A stretch of DNA of 64,000 nucleotides from Acidimicrobiia bacterium (GTDB taxonomy: Bacteria; Actinomycetota; Acidimicrobiia; Spongiisociales; ZC4RG35): the NCBI GenBank assembly GCA_965215185.1, contig OZ244034.1, positions 2,432,001 through 2,496,000 on the forward strand, given 5' to 3'. The number at the start of each line of letters is the position of its first letter. Position 1 is the first letter of the stretch. The notes below the pieces were generated by a model. The model worked only from the letters and a program-made list of their open reading frames with translations, made no database searches and was not told the origin of the DNA. The translations under genes were made by a program, and so were the position numbers. This document shows, one piece after another, positions 37,125 to 48,389 of this stretch.

Positions 37125-38894
37125 ATGCAACGCCTGATTAGCTTCAAGAAAACTCTGCTTCTGGTCGTGCTCGCGCTGGTGATTGTCAGCTGTGGAGATG
37201 ACGATTCCGAACCCGAACCGGCGGCCACTACAGCTGCAACGGCGCCAGTTACGACACAAGCTGCGGCGCCTTCCGACACGGATGAGGAAATGGATGAGGC
37301 GCCCGAACCCGCCCCCGAGACCACAACCACCGCGGCGGCGCCGGCGCCGCCACCCGAACCGGTCGTCGTTCGGGCTGCGGTCACGGGAGATGAGGGGACC
37401 ATGACCCCCTACACATATATCAGCGGCTTCCCCGGGTGGAATCTCATGATGCTCCAGTACGACTCTCTGATGCAGCTTGACTCGGCCGGAGTTCCCCAGC
37501 CGTGGCTGGCCTCGAGCGTCACCGTCAGCGACGACCTCACCGAGTGGTCGGTAACTCTGGTCGAGGGCGTAACTTTCCATGACGGGGAGCCCTTGACCTC
37601 CGATGACGTGTCCTTCAGTGTCGACTACTACGTGAACAACCCTGAGGCGAGCCGTTTCGCCCGCGACTTCAGCGGCGTGGCGGACGTAGTGGTACACGAT
37701 GACTACAACGTCACCTTCGTTCTCAACGGTCCCAGCGCCGGATTCGACGTGGGAGCGCTGGCCGATGCACCCATTATCCCGCGCCACATCTGGGAATCGG
37801 TGGAACTCCCGTCGGAGCACCAGTTCGAGGGCGGTACCAACATCGGGTCGGGTCCGTACAAGTTGGTCGAATACGTCGAAAGCCAGAGTTACCGATTCGC
37901 TGCCAACCCCGACTTCTTCCGGGGTGCCCCGGCGGTTGACGAACTGGTAGTCATCGTCTTTGCCGACGACGCAGGCGCTCAAGCCGCCATCCGTACCGGG
38001 GAAGTCGACGTGATCTTCGAACGGATACCCCCCGAGCAGATCGATCTGCTGGACTCCCAGGACCCGCTGGACATCGCCTTGGGACCCGAGTTCACCACCC
38101 AGATGATCAACTACGACGCTTCGAAGCGCCCGTTCGACGACGTTGCAGTCCGCCAGGCCATCAACCTGGCTATGGACCGCCAGGACTTCGTCGACACCGT
38201 GTACCTGGGGGCAGCCACAGTGGGGAGTCCCGGCTGGATCCATCCCGGGCATTCGTCTTATAACCCCGCCATCGTCCCCGTGTACGACGTGGCCGCCGCC
38301 AACGCGCTATTGGACGGCGCCGGCTATGCCGACACCGACGGCGATGGCGTACGGGAGTTCGACGGGCAGCCGATGTCTTTCGAGATCATCACCAACTCTT
38401 CCGACTCGCTACGTCTGCGGATGGCCGAGTTGACTACGGAGATGCTGGCTGCGATCGGGATCGAAACCGAGGTCGTACCGGTCGACACCGGAGTCTGGGA
38501 GCAGGCCGTGTGGCCGAGCTTCGACGTCAACAATGGTCGCAACTACGAGATCGCCATGTGGGGATGGTCGGCGCCCGTTCAGGCCGACCCGCTGCGGCTT
38601 CCCTGGTTGGTCCACAGCTCAACGGGTTCAGGATTCCTCAACCTGACCGGCTACGGCAACGCCGAGATGGATGAGCTTTCTGACGCCCTGTCTGTCGAGC
38701 CTGATCCGGCGGAACGCGACGCGATCTTGGGTCGAATGCAGGAGATAATCGCCGAGGACCTGCCGTTCGTGCTACTGCTGTATCCGGATGGCGCCTATGT
38801 GTACGACTCCAGCGTCTACTCTGACTGGGAGTTCATCGCCGGCCAGGGCATCGTCAGCAAACTGTCGCTGCTCCCGCCCTCCGCTCGCCCGTAG
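37125..38894 (+). CDS. ABC transporter substrate-binding lipoprotein, family 5
   Basis: Lipobox IVSC, PWLASS, FHDGEPLTSDDV, GSGPY, VRQAINLAMDR; very acidic. Confidence 0.93.
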   Translation: MQRLISFKKTLLLVVLALVIVSCGDDDSEPEPAATTAATAPVTTQAAAPSDTDEEMDEAPEPAPETTTTAAAPAPPPEPVVVRAAVTGDEGTMTPYTYISGFPGWNLMMLQYDSLMQLDSAGVPQPWLASSVTVSDDLTEWSVTLVEGVTFHDGEPLTSDDVSFSVDYYVNNPEASRFARDFSGVADVVVHDDYNVTFVLNGPSAGFDVGALADAPIIPRHIWESVELPSEHQFEGGTNIGSGPYKLVEYVESQSYRFAANPDFFRGAPAVDELVVIVFADDAGAQAAIRTGEVDVIFERIPPEQIDLLDSQDPLDIALGPEFTTQMINYDASKRPFDDVAVRQAINLAMDRQDFVDTVYLGAATVGSPGWIHPGHSSYNPAIVPVYDVAAANALLDGAGYADTDGDGVREFDGQPMSFEIITNSSDSLRLRMAELTTEMLAAIGIETEVVPVDTGVWEQAVWPSFDVNNGRNYEIAMWGWSAPVQADPLRLPWLVHSSTGSGFLNLTGYGNAEMDELSDALSVEPDPAERDAILGRMQEIIAEDLPFVLLLYPDGAYVYDSSVYSDWEFIAGQGIVSKLSLLPPSARP

Positions 38895-39035
38895 GAAAAA
38901 ACTAATAAAATGACGACGGCTAGTGGCGGCCTGCCGCTCGCTCGGGAATCGCGTGTTTGAGTTGCTGCCCGGTAAGGGACTGCTCAGCACGCCCCGAGGA
39001 TCGCGGCAGGCCGCGGGCCAGGTCGAGCCGATGGC

Positions 39036-40013
39036 TTGTTGAGAAGGCGCATCGACCTCCGTCGGGTGACCCAGTACGCGGTCGTGGTAGGGGTGGCGGT
39101 AACGCTCAACTTCCTGTTGCCCCGGCTGATGCCGGGAAACCCGCTGGCGCTGATCGCCGGAGTGGATGTCGGCCTTCTGGACCCGGACCAACGGGCTGAG
39201 ATCGTCGCCCGGGTCGGTCTGGACGCGCCCCTCTGGAAGCAGTATCTGCGGTATTGGGGCGGTATCCTCACCGGCGATTTCGGGTACTCGTTCCGGGCTA
39301 ACCGTCCCATCGTCGGAATGATCTTGGACCGGCTCCCCTGGACTCTCCTGATCACAGGCCTGTCACTGGTGGCATCAGCAATCACAGGTGTGGTACTGGG
39401 CGCCCTCTCCGCTTGGCGAAGGGGCACGAAGGGCGACTTGAGCCTGCTTTCGGGGATGATCTCGATCGAGTCGTTGCCCTCCTTCTGGTTGGGTATGGTC
39501 TTCATATCGGTCTTCGCCGTTCAATGGGGTCTGCTGCCGTCGTTCGGCGCGGTGACCCCCGCGTCCGATCTGGTGGGTTGGGCCCACACCTGGGACATCA
39601 TCCGCCACACCATAATGCCCGTGGCCACCCTGTCGATCGTCGCGACGCCGGGCGTCTACATGACCATGCGCTATTCGATGCTGGAAACGCTGGGGGAGGA
39701 CTACATCCGGACCGCCAGGGCGAAAGGCGCCGGCGAGCGCAGGGTGCTGTTCGGGCATGTTGCCCGCAACGCCATCGCTCCAGTGATCACGGTTCTCGCC
39801 ATCCGTCTGGGGTTTGCCTTCGGGGGCACGGTGATCATCGAGACGGTGTTCTCCTATCCGGGACTCGGTCGCCTGGTCTTCGAAGCGGTCTCAGGACGTG
39901 ACTATCCCGTGATGCAGGCGGCTTTCTTGGTCTTCACAGGGGCGGTGTTGGTGGCGAACCTGGCGGCCGACCTCTTGTACCCGCTGATTGATCCCAGGAC
40001 CAGAACATCGTGA
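39036..40013 (+). CDS. Peptide ABC permease (DppB/OppB-like)
   Basis: PRLMPGNP, GDFGYS, DYIRTARAKG, ETVFSYPGLG, RDYP, DPR. Confidence 0.93.
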   Translation: MLRRRIDLRRVTQYAVVVGVAVTLNFLLPRLMPGNPLALIAGVDVGLLDPDQRAEIVARVGLDAPLWKQYLRYWGGILTGDFGYSFRANRPIVGMILDRLPWTLLITGLSLVASAITGVVLGALSAWRRGTKGDLSLLSGMISIESLPSFWLGMVFISVFAVQWGLLPSFGAVTPASDLVGWAHTWDIIRHTIMPVATLSIVATPGVYMTMRYSMLETLGEDYIRTARAKGAGERRVLFGHVARNAIAPVITVLAIRLGFAFGGTVIIETVFSYPGLGRLVFEAVSGRDYPVMQAAFLVFTGAVLVANLAADLLYPLIDPRTRTS

Positions 40014-40876
40014 CGGCTGCGGGCTTCGATGACAGGGCGGTGCGGCGGGCCATACGGCGGCGTTCGCGGCTGCCCACCATCCTCGGGCTGCTTGGGGCGG
40101 CGATCGTTGGAGCTCTGCTGTTCACGGCCGTGTTCGCCCCGTGGATAGCGCCGTACGACCCCACCGACCGGATAGCCAGACCCTTCCTGCCGCCCAGCGC
40201 CGAACATCTGCTGGGTACCAACGATGTCGGCCATGATCTCCTCTCGGAGATCATCTTCGGATCGCGGGTGTCCTTACTGGTGGGACTCGTGGCGGCAACA
40301 GTAGCCCTGCTGATCGGTACAACGGTGGGCGTGGTGGCCGGCTACTACCCCAAAAGGCTGGGGTCGACTCTGATGCGCGGGGTGGACGTGATATTGATCC
40401 TGCCGTTCCTTCCTCTACTCATAGTGCTGGCCGCCTACTTGGGCAGGAGCCTTCTGAACACGATCCTGGTCATCGGGGTGCTGATCTGGGCGGAGCCGGC
40501 CCGGATCATCCGATCACAGGTCCTATCCCTGCGCTCGCGAGAATACGTGCTGGCATCCCGTTCGATGGGCGCTCCTGACCGTTGGACGATCCTGCGGCAC
40601 ATCGTTCCCCGCACAGCCCTGCTCGCTACGGGCTCGTTCGTGCGGGCGGTGTCCGGGGCGATTCTGCTGGAGGCTGCGCTCAGCTTCCTGGGTCTGGGCG
40701 ACCCGATCCAAAAGAGCTGGGGCTCGACGCTGTACTGGGCCCAAACTCGGGGGGCCTTCCTGACCCCGGCATGGAAATGGTGGGTGCTGCCGCCCGGCCT
40801 GCTGATCATGCTGGCATCACTCGGATTCGCCCTCATCGCCTTCTCGCTCGAGGAACGCATCAATCCCCGGTTGTAG
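40010..40876 (+). CDS. Peptide ABC permease (DppC/OppC-like)
   Basis: HLLGTNDVGHD, GSRVSL, REYVLASRSMGA, EAALSFLGLG, SWG. Confidence 0.93.
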   Translation: MTAAGFDDRAVRRAIRRRSRLPTILGLLGAAIVGALLFTAVFAPWIAPYDPTDRIARPFLPPSAEHLLGTNDVGHDLLSEIIFGSRVSLLVGLVAATVALLIGTTVGVVAGYYPKRLGSTLMRGVDVILILPFLPLLIVLAAYLGRSLLNTILVIGVLIWAEPARIIRSQVLSLRSREYVLASRSMGAPDRWTILRHIVPRTALLATGSFVRAVSGAILLEAALSFLGLGDPIQKSWGSTLYWAQTRGAFLTPAWKWWVLPPGLLIMLASLGFALIAFSLEERINPRL

Positions 40877-40947
40877 CCCGTTACCCCCGGTCCGGTCGGC
40901 TTGGTATTCTTCCGGCCAGACAGGTCCAACCGAGAAAGGCATCCGGC

Positions 40948-41577
40948 ATGAACAGATGGGAACATCGAATCGAAGGGGCGCATCTGATAAAGCTGCTGGT
41001 GGGGCCCTTCGAAAACAACGCCTACATCGTGGGGTGCGCCAACACCGGGAAGGCGGTAATCGTGGACGCCGCCGCCGAGCCTGACGTCATTTTGGACGCG
41101 GTCGGTGACTATGACGTGCAGGCCATCCTCACCACTCACGGTCACATGGACCATCTCCAGGCTGTTGACCGGGTAAGCGACAAGTTGGGAGTCCCGTTCC
41201 TGCTGAACCCCGCCGATATCTTCTTGCTGGGAGAGTCCGGGATCGAAAAGATCTCCCCCGATGGGCTGATTGATGACGGGCAGGAAATCGAGGTGGGAGA
41301 TCTTCTCCTTCACGCCATTCACACCCCCGGCCATACCCCCGGTTCGACCTCATTCATTCTGGAACCGTGGCTGCTCAGCGGAGACACCCTCTTCCCGGGC
41401 GGACCCGGCGCCACTCAGTGGGACTATTCCTCTTTCGGGCAGGTTATGGACTCCGTAGAGACGCTCCTTTCCAGGTTCCCCGACCCGACCGTGATTTTCC
41501 CGGGTCATGGGGCCAATGACACCACCGTGGGTACAGAAAAGCCGCACACCCAAGAGTGGCGGGCGAGGGGCTGGTAG
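40948..41577 (+). CDS. MBL-fold hydrolase resembling the partner of mycothiol-dependent formaldehyde dehydrogenase
   Basis: THGHMDH, TPGHTPGS, SGDTLFPGGPGAT, PGHG, C-terminal EWRARGW; next to the mscR-like gene. Confidence 0.8.
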   Translation: MNRWEHRIEGAHLIKLLVGPFENNAYIVGCANTGKAVIVDAAAEPDVILDAVGDYDVQAILTTHGHMDHLQAVDRVSDKLGVPFLLNPADIFLLGESGIEKISPDGLIDDGQEIEVGDLLLHAIHTPGHTPGSTSFILEPWLLSGDTLFPGGPGATQWDYSSFGQVMDSVETLLSRFPDPTVIFPGHGANDTTVGTEKPHTQEWRARGW

Positions 41578-41948
41578 CCGAAACGGTTCAACCCAATCAA
41601 CCAGGTCGACGGGCGGGTTGGTCCGGCGATTCACACAACATCTCGCGAAATTCGTAGCCACCTGCCCACCCGCGGGCAATGGGGCAAACCCAAAACCTTC
41701 GGCAGTGACCCACCACCATTCCCTAGTTAGCCGAGCAGGCCTGGGGGCCCCTGTCGGAGGCGGACTGGTCGGGTCGACCTCTCGCCGCGGCCTGGGTCAG
41801 CTCGCAACCGGCCTGCGGGATTGTGATTGTCGTGGCTACACCAATATGGTCCTTGCCGGCGGCGGCTGCCAACCCGGAAACGGTGGGGTCTGTTCCAACC
41901 TGTTTTTGGCCAACCTGGGGGGAGCTCTGGAAGTCCCGCCCGCGGCGG

Positions 41949-43037
41949 TCAGTCGAAGACCACCACCGAGCGCAACACCTCTCCCCGCTCCATGCGGTGA
42001 AATGCGTCCTCGACTTCACCGATGCCGATGGTCTCGCTGACGAAACCGTCCAGGTCCAAACGTCCCTGCAAATACAAGTCGATGAGCATCGGGAAGTCCC
42101 TCTCCGGGAGGCAGTCTCCGTACCAGGAAGACTTCAAGGCCCCGCCGCGGCCGAACACCTCAATGAAAGGCAGTTCGATTTTCATATCCGGCGTCGGGAC
42201 GCCCACCAGCACCACCACTCCGGCCAAATCTCTGGCATAGAAAGCCTGCTCATACGTCTCGGGTAGACCGATCGCCTCGACCACCACATCTGCTCCATTA
42301 CCTCCGGTTATTTCCCGAATCCGTTCCACGGGATCCTCGTTACGGGAGTTAATAGTGTGGGTGGCGCCAAAGCCCTTGGCCCACTCCAGTTTGCGGTCGT
42401 CGATGTCCACCCCGATAATCGTCCCGGCGCCGGCCAGGCGGGACCCGACAATCGCGCCCGAACCCACCCCGCCGCAGCCGATCACGGCAACAGAATCTCC
42501 CCGTCCCACCCCCCCGGTGTTAATTGCGGCGCCGATACCCGCCATCACGCCGCAGCCCAACAATCCTGCTGCTTCCGGTCGCGCCCGGCTGTCCACCTTG
42601 GTGGCCTGTCCGGCGGCGACCAGCGTCAACTCGGCAAAAGCGCCGATGCCAAGAGCGGGCGACAGTTCCGTCCCATCGGCGAGGGTCATTTTCTGGGTGG
42701 CGTTGTGGGTGGCGAAACAGTACCAGGGACGGCCCCTGTTACAAGCCCGACAATTCCCGCATATCGCCCGCCAGTTGAGGATCACGAAATCGCCTGGCGC
42801 CACATTGTTCACGCCGGGCCCAACCGACTCCACGATCCCAGCCGCCTCATGGCCCAGAAAGAAGGGGTAGTCGTCGCTAATGCCGCCTTCTCGATAATGC
42901 AGATCGGTGTGACACACTCCACAAGCCTTCACCGCCACCCGAGCTTCTCCCGGGCCCGGATCTGGGACAATCACAGTCTGCAGGGAGACCGGGGCTCCCT
43001 TTTCCAGGGAAACTACTCCCCTTACCTCTTCAGCCAT
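41949..43037 (-). CDS. mscR: S-(hydroxymethyl)mycothiol dehydrogenase (MscR/AdhE2)
   Basis: [60 protein letters not shown]. Confidence 0.92.
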   Translation of the reverse strand: MAEEVRGVVSLEKGAPVSLQTVIVPDPGPGEARVAVKACGVCHTDLHYREGGISDDYPFFLGHEAAGIVESVGPGVNNVAPGDFVILNWRAICGNCRACNRGRPWYCFATHNATQKMTLADGTELSPALGIGAFAELTLVAAGQATKVDSRARPEAAGLLGCGVMAGIGAAINTGGVGRGDSVAVIGCGGVGSGAIVGSRLAGAGTIIGVDIDDRKLEWAKGFGATHTINSRNEDPVERIREITGGNGADVVVEAIGLPETYEQAFYARDLAGVVVLVGVPTPDMKIELPFIEVFGRGGALKSSWYGDCLPERDFPMLIDLYLQGRLDLDGFVSETIGIGEVEDAFHRMERGEVLRSVVVFD

Positions 43038-43200
43038 GTGGCGACCTCCTGTTTCAACTCCGACCCAAAGACTAGCCCCGCGGTTGCTAACAGGTCCCTC
43101 CAACCGGGGGCCCTTCATCGCCATTTTCGACCCACCGCAATCTCCATCCGACTTGTATCCTTCAAAGTGTCCGCCAGATCGGTGTTCCTCGGGGAGGTGC

Positions 43201-46200
43201 ATGGCTAGAAAAGGGCCGAATGGCCCCATTCACCCGGTGCGGTTTGTAACCGCAACCACGTTGTTTGACGGACACGATGCCTCCATCAATGTCTTCCGAC
43301 GCATCCTGGCCTCCTCCGGGGCGGAGGTGATTCACCTGGGACACAACCGCTCGGCCCTGGACATCGTGGACACCGCTGTTCAGGAGGACGCCCAGGCCAT
43401 CGCGGTCACCTGCTACCAGGGCGGCCACATGGAGTTCTTCCGGTACCTCCATGAACTGGCCTCCGAGAGGGGCAATGGGCGGATTCGTGTTTTTGGCGGT
43501 GGGGGCGGGACCATTCTTCCCGAGGAGGGCCGTCAACTGCAAGCCGACGGCATCACCCGCATCTACTCACCTGACGACGGGCGGGGGCTGGGGCTGCAGG
43601 GGATGGTGAGCGACATGATCCGCAGGGCCGATTTCCCCACCGGAGAACTGGACCACTTCTCCCCCGACCACCTCGGGGTTTCTGACCACCAGATGCTGGC
43701 GACACTCATCTCGGCCGCCGAGAACTATCCCGACAAATACGCCGATGTCTTCGAGGAAATAGCCGCCTATTCCAGCAACCGCCCCGCGCGCCCGGTGGTG
43801 GGGGTAACCGGTACCGGCGGATCTGGCAAGTCTTCTTTGGTGGACGAACTGCTCCGCCGCTACCTCTCGGGTTTTCCTGATCACCAGGTGGCGGTGCTCT
43901 CGGTTGATCCTTCCCAGAGGAGAACGGGAGGCGCCCTGCTGGGAGATCGGATCCGCATGAACTGCATCCCCCATCCCCGGGTCTACATGCGTTCGTTAGC
44001 CACCCGACAAAGCGCCACCGCCCTACCCGAGGCGGCCCGAACGGCCCTCACCGTATTCCGGGCGGCGCAATTCAACCTGATCATCCTGGAGACGTCCGGA
44101 ATCGGCCAAGCCGACACCAGCGTGGTTGGTCTCTCAGACTTGTCCCTGTATGTGATGACGCCCGAATACGGGGCGGCCACGCAGCTGGAGAAGATCGGAA
44201 TGCTCGACTACGCGGATCTGGTGGCGGTGAACAAAGGAGACAAGCCAGGCGCGGAGGACGCCCTACGCGATGTCCGCCGCCAGGTGCGACGCAACCGGAT
44301 GGCCTTCCACGATCCCGACCCCATCCAGGATGTCTACCTGACCGTGGCCTCCGACTTCAACGATCCGGGCACGGACCAACTGTATGGGGCATTGATCGCC
44401 GCGCTGGGATACGAGGGGGGACCTTCCCAGCAGGTCGTTTCCAGAGGCGCCCGGCAGGCGGTCATACCCCCGGAACGCTCCGGTTACCTGGCACAGATCG
44501 CCGAGACCGTCCACCAATACAACCGGACGGTGGTGGAGCAGTCGTCGGTAGCCCGGCAACTGTATCAACTGGAGGGGGCCCATCGCCTGCTGGAGTCCGC
44601 TGACCCCGATGACCGGTCGTCACGCGCTCTCTCCGAAGCAATTCGTTCCACCGCCGGGCGCCTGGCGCCCGAGCACCGAGAAACACTGGACAGATGGGGC
44701 GAAATGGAAGCGTCCTACCGCGGAAGGGAATTCACCTACCAGGTGCGCGACCGGCAAATAACGGTTCCTCTGTCTTCGCAGAGCCTCAGCGGCACGGTCG
44801 TGCCCAAAGTCTCATTGCCCCGCTACCAAGATTGGGGAGACCGGCTAAGGTGGCTGCTGCAGGAGAACCTCCCCGGTCGTTTCCCATACACAGCCGGGGT
44901 ATATCCTTTCAAGCGCACCACCGAGGACCCCACCCGGATGTTCGCGGGGGAAGGACCCCCGGAGCAAACCAATGGCCGCTTCCACTATCTGGCCCGAGGC
45001 ACTCATTTACGGCGACTCTCCACGGCATTCGACTCGGTCACCCTCTATGGAGAAGATCCAGGGACCCGGCCCGACATCTACGGGAAGGTGGGCAATTCGG
45101 GAGTCTCCATCTCCACACTGGACGACATGAAGCGCCTCTATTCAGGTTTCGATCTGTGTGATCCCTCCACCTCGGTGTCGATGACCATCAACGGCCCCGC
45201 ACCCATGATTCTGGCGCTGTTTATGAACACCGCCATCGACCAGCAGTGCGAACTGCACATCCGCCGCCTGGGTATGACCGAGCAGGTGGAAAAACAGATC
45301 GCTCAAATGCATGTCGAACGTTCTCGTCCCCGCTACCGGGGAACCCTGCCGGAGGGCAACGACGGTTTGGGATTATTGTTGCTGGGAACCACCGGTGAAC
45401 AGGTGTTGGATCCGCCCGTCTACCAAAGCATCCGAGCCGAAGCCCTCACTCGGGTGAGAGGAACGGTGCAAGCTGACATTCTCAAAGAGGATCAGGCCCA
45501 GAACACCTGCATTTTCTCGATCGACTTCGCCCTCAAAATGATGGGAGACATCCAGCAGTTCTTCGTGGACAACCGGGTGCGCAACTTCTACTCGGTCTCG
45601 GTTTCGGGCTACCACATGGCAGAAGCGGGGGCCAATCCGATTACCCAACTGGCCTTCACCCTTGCCAATGGGTTCACCTATGTGGAGCACTACCTGGCGC
45701 GGGGGATGAGTATCGACGACTTTGCTCCCAATCTCTCCTTCTTCTTCTCCAACGGACTCGATCCCGAATATGCGGTGATAGGAAGGGTGGCCCGTCGCAT
45801 CTGGGCCAAAGTGATGCGGGACCGCTATGGCGCCAATCCCCGCTCTCAAATGCTCAAATACCACATCCAGACTTCGGGGCGATCCCTCCATGCCCAGGAG
45901 GTGGATTTCAACGACATCCGCACCACTTTGCAGGCGCTCTACGCCGTGTACGACAACTGCAATTCCCTGCACACCAACGCCTATGACGAAGCCCTGACCA
46001 CCCCCACCGAAGAATCGGTGCGACGGGCGGTGGCCATTCAATTGATCGTCAACCGGGAACTGGGCCTGGCCAAGAACGAAAATCCCCTCCAAGGGTCTTT
46101 CGTCATCGAAGATCTAACCGATTTGGTGGAGGAGGCGGTGCTGACCGAATTCGCTCGGCTGAACCGCAGCGGTGGCGTACTGGGGGCCATGGAGCGACAG

Positions 46201-46557
46201 TACCAGCGCTCCAAAATCCAGGAAGAGTCCCTTCTCTACGAACGGGTCAAGGAATCGGGCGAATACCCCATCATTGGAGTCAACACGTTTTTGTCCCACG
46301 CCGGGTCTCCCTTTGTCACTCCCGATCGGTTGGTGCGCTCCAACGATCAGGAAAAGAACCGGCGAATAGCCGAGGTCGAAGATTTCCAGGCCCTCCACTC
46401 CGAACGCGCCGGGCCCGCCTTGGCGCGTCTGGGCTCAGCAGCGCAAGCGGGAGGCAACGTATTTGCGATGCTCATGGAGACCGCCAAGGTCGCCTCGCTT
46501 GGGCAGATGAGCAGCACCCTCTATGAGGTGGGCGGACGCTACCGACGGAGCATGTGA
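43201..46557 (+). CDS. icmF: Fused isobutyryl-CoA mutase / GTPase chaperone
   Basis: B12-binding [16 protein letters not shown] MeaI-like GTPase, mutase domain ([26 protein letters not shown]); GGAGG RBS. Confidence 0.95.
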   Translation: MARKGPNGPIHPVRFVTATTLFDGHDASINVFRRILASSGAEVIHLGHNRSALDIVDTAVQEDAQAIAVTCYQGGHMEFFRYLHELASERGNGRIRVFGGGGGTILPEEGRQLQADGITRIYSPDDGRGLGLQGMVSDMIRRADFPTGELDHFSPDHLGVSDHQMLATLISAAENYPDKYADVFEEIAAYSSNRPARPVVGVTGTGGSGKSSLVDELLRRYLSGFPDHQVAVLSVDPSQRRTGGALLGDRIRMNCIPHPRVYMRSLATRQSATALPEAARTALTVFRAAQFNLIILETSGIGQADTSVVGLSDLSLYVMTPEYGAATQLEKIGMLDYADLVAVNKGDKPGAEDALRDVRRQVRRNRMAFHDPDPIQDVYLTVASDFNDPGTDQLYGALIAALGYEGGPSQQVVSRGARQAVIPPERSGYLAQIAETVHQYNRTVVEQSSVARQLYQLEGAHRLLESADPDDRSSRALSEAIRSTAGRLAPEHRETLDRWGEMEASYRGREFTYQVRDRQITVPLSSQSLSGTVVPKVSLPRYQDWGDRLRWLLQENLPGRFPYTAGVYPFKRTTEDPTRMFAGEGPPEQTNGRFHYLARGTHLRRLSTAFDSVTLYGEDPGTRPDIYGKVGNSGVSISTLDDMKRLYSGFDLCDPSTSVSMTINGPAPMILALFMNTAIDQQCELHIRRLGMTEQVEKQIAQMHVERSRPRYRGTLPEGNDGLGLLLLGTTGEQVLDPPVYQSIRAEALTRVRGTVQADILKEDQAQNTCIFSIDFALKMMGDIQQFFVDNRVRNFYSVSVSGYHMAEAGANPITQLAFTLANGFTYVEHYLARGMSIDDFAPNLSFFFSNGLDPEYAVIGRVARRIWAKVMRDRYGANPRSQMLKYHIQTSGRSLHAQEVDFNDIRTTLQALYAVYDNCNSLHTNAYDEALTTPTEESVRRAVAIQLIVNRELGLAKNENPLQGSFVIEDLTDLVEEAVLTEFARLNRSGGVLGAMERQYQRSKIQEESLLYERVKESGEYPIIGVNTFLSHAGSPFVTPDRLVRSNDQEKNRRIAEVEDFQALHSERAGPALARLGSAAQAGGNVFAMLMETAKVASLGQMSSTLYEVGGRYRRSM

Positions 46558-47306
46558 ACAAAATGCAGCCCACAGACCAATCCACCCCTCAGGAAAGAGA
46601 CCAAATCCCCCCCTACCGGCCTCACTTGGGCCAGCGGCGTCCCTACCTGCGGGACATGATCCTGGGACTCAATGACGGGCTGGTCTCGATTTTCCTGCTG
46701 GTGGCGGGGCTGGTGGGAGGCCAACTCGACTCCTCGGAGGTGCTGCTGGGTGGGGTGGTGGGAGCGCTGGCGGGGGGCGTCTCCATGGCTTTGGGGGAAT
46801 ACTTGGCCACCAAGTCCCAGGACGAAGTGGGGCAGGCCGAGTTGTCATTGGAGCGCGAACACATCCGGTTCTACCGGGAAAGGGAGACCGCGCAGCTCTA
46901 CGACCTGTTGGGGCAGTTCGGAATCGAGGGAGAGGACCTCACCGAAGCAGTGCGCATCTTCTCCGCGGATGACCGCCGTCTCCTGAAGGCTATGGCGGTG
47001 CTTGAATTTGGGGTGGTCGAATCAGAACGGCGCTCGCCTTATCAGGCGGGGTGGATGTCGGGAGGGATGTTCCTGGTCGGCTCTTTCCTGCCGATATCTC
47101 CCTTCCTCTTTTCCCTGACTTCGCATACCAGCCTGATCTGGTCGGTCGTATTGACATTCGTCGGCCTGTTCGGGGTGGGATGGACCAAGACCCGGCTCAC
47201 CAACAACCCCGGTATCCGCTCGGGGATGGAAAACATGCTGATTGCCGGCGCGGGAGCGGTAATAGCCTGGTGGGTGGGTCGCCTCTTGGGCTTCGGCCTT
47301 TCCTGA
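46554..47306 (+). CDS. VIT1/CCC1 family Fe/Mn transporter
   Basis: [23 protein letters not shown]. Confidence 0.9.
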   Translation: MNKMQPTDQSTPQERDQIPPYRPHLGQRRPYLRDMILGLNDGLVSIFLLVAGLVGGQLDSSEVLLGGVVGALAGGVSMALGEYLATKSQDEVGQAELSLEREHIRFYRERETAQLYDLLGQFGIEGEDLTEAVRIFSADDRRLLKAMAVLEFGVVESERRSPYQAGWMSGGMFLVGSFLPISPFLFSLTSHTSLIWSVVLTFVGLFGVGWTKTRLTNNPGIRSGMENMLIAGAGAVIAWWVGRLLGFGLS

Positions 47307-47331
47307 CCGGCCCTTGGTGTCCGGGAGGAAT

Positions 47332-47736
47332 TTAGTCTCCGACCGAAGAATCCTGGCCTGCCGCCTGCCGGATCCACATCTTCACGTTCCGGGGGCTGGG
47401 GAGCCGTTTGACTATCCGATGCATGTGATTGGCGCTGTGAAGCGCCAGCATCACCACTTCGGTCGAACTATTCCCAAGTTGCGCCGGAGTGTGAATACCC
47501 GCCGCCCTCAGCAGGGCGCAGTATCTGCCGCCCATCCCTTCCAGCTGCAGAAGCTCGATGGACCTTGCTACGTCCACCAATGTTTCATAATTGATACCGG
47601 TTTCCTCAGAAAGCATCCGGAGGCGATCCGTGTCCAGGGTTAATGCCAGCAACGCCTCGGCCGTTTTGATTCCCGCTTTGCGCAGCCGTGTGGCCGAGAT
47701 GTGGTCAATCCCTGCAATATGCCCGATGGTGGTCAC
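47332..47736 (-). CDS. DUF4332-like helix-hairpin-helix protein
   Basis: IAGID..LRKAGI, LEGMGGRYCALLRAAGI, RLPS..VKMWIRQA. Confidence 0.8.
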   Translation of the reverse strand: MTTIGHIAGIDHISATRLRKAGIKTAEALLALTLDTDRLRMLSEETGINYETLVDVARSIELLQLEGMGGRYCALLRAAGIHTPAQLGNSSTEVVMLALHSANHMHRIVKRLPSPRNVKMWIRQAAGQDSSVGD

Positions 47737-48389
47737 AATCCCGCCGGCCTCCCTTTACTCTCCGGTGGTCCATCCCCCTGGGAGTCGCCCGCTTCCTGCC
47801 TCTGGCCGCGGGGTCTCAATCTATCGATATCCTGTTGGTTATCCACGTCCTCGGGGGGAAATCCCGGTTGCCACACTTCGGTAACCCACTCGGGATGCGC
47901 CTTGAAGAGGTCCATGGCGCCCCGGTCCCCATCCAGCATCATCAGGCGGCGCCACAACACTTTATCAACCAGAACCGGATTGGAATTCACATAGCGGTAC
48001 CTGGGAACCAAAACCGGGGTCACACCCGGCTGGTAAGCCTCCCGCAACTGGGCCGCGGTGGCGGGTGTCACGCCCGGTTGGTCCCCCAGCAGGATCAAGG
48101 CGCCCGACGCTCTTGAGCCCCGCTCCAAGGCGTTCAATCCCACGCCCAAGGAGCCCCCCATACCTGTTTCCCACTCTTGGTTGACAACCACCCGGCACCC
48201 CGAAAAATCCACCTCCGCCAATATCCGCTCATGCTCGGCGCCCAACACCACCCACGTCTCCTCCGATTCAAAACCCAAAGCCGCCTCCAAAACGGTTCCC
48301 AGCAAGGTTGACTCTCCCCACGGTTCCAATTGCTTAGGGCGCCCGAGCCGGGAGGAACTGCCCGCCGCCAGGACCAGATTGGCGATCAT
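47733..48389 (-). CDS. MocA-like molybdenum cofactor nucleotidyltransferase
   Basis: LAAGSSSRLGRPKQL, GMGGSL, LGDQP, GDRGA, DVD. Confidence 0.88.
   Translation of the reverse strand: MIANLVLAAGSSSRLGRPKQLEPWGESTLLGTVLEAALGFESEETWVVLGAEHERILAEVDFSGCRVVVNQEWETGMGGSLGVGLNALERGSRASGALILLGDQPGVTPATAAQLREAYQPGVTPVLVPRYRYVNSNPVLVDKVLWRRLMMLDGDRGAMDLFKAHPEWVTEVWQPGFPPEDVDNQQDIDRLRPRGQRQEAGDSQGDGPPESKGRPAGL

Noticed and set aside
41578-41948. Hidden gene or ncRNA in the 371-nt gap
   Set aside because: No credible ORF, repeat or known RNA motif could be recognised by eye.
43038-43200. Cobalamin riboswitch upstream of icmF
   Set aside because: No recognisable GGGAA or GCCACTG B12-box motifs.
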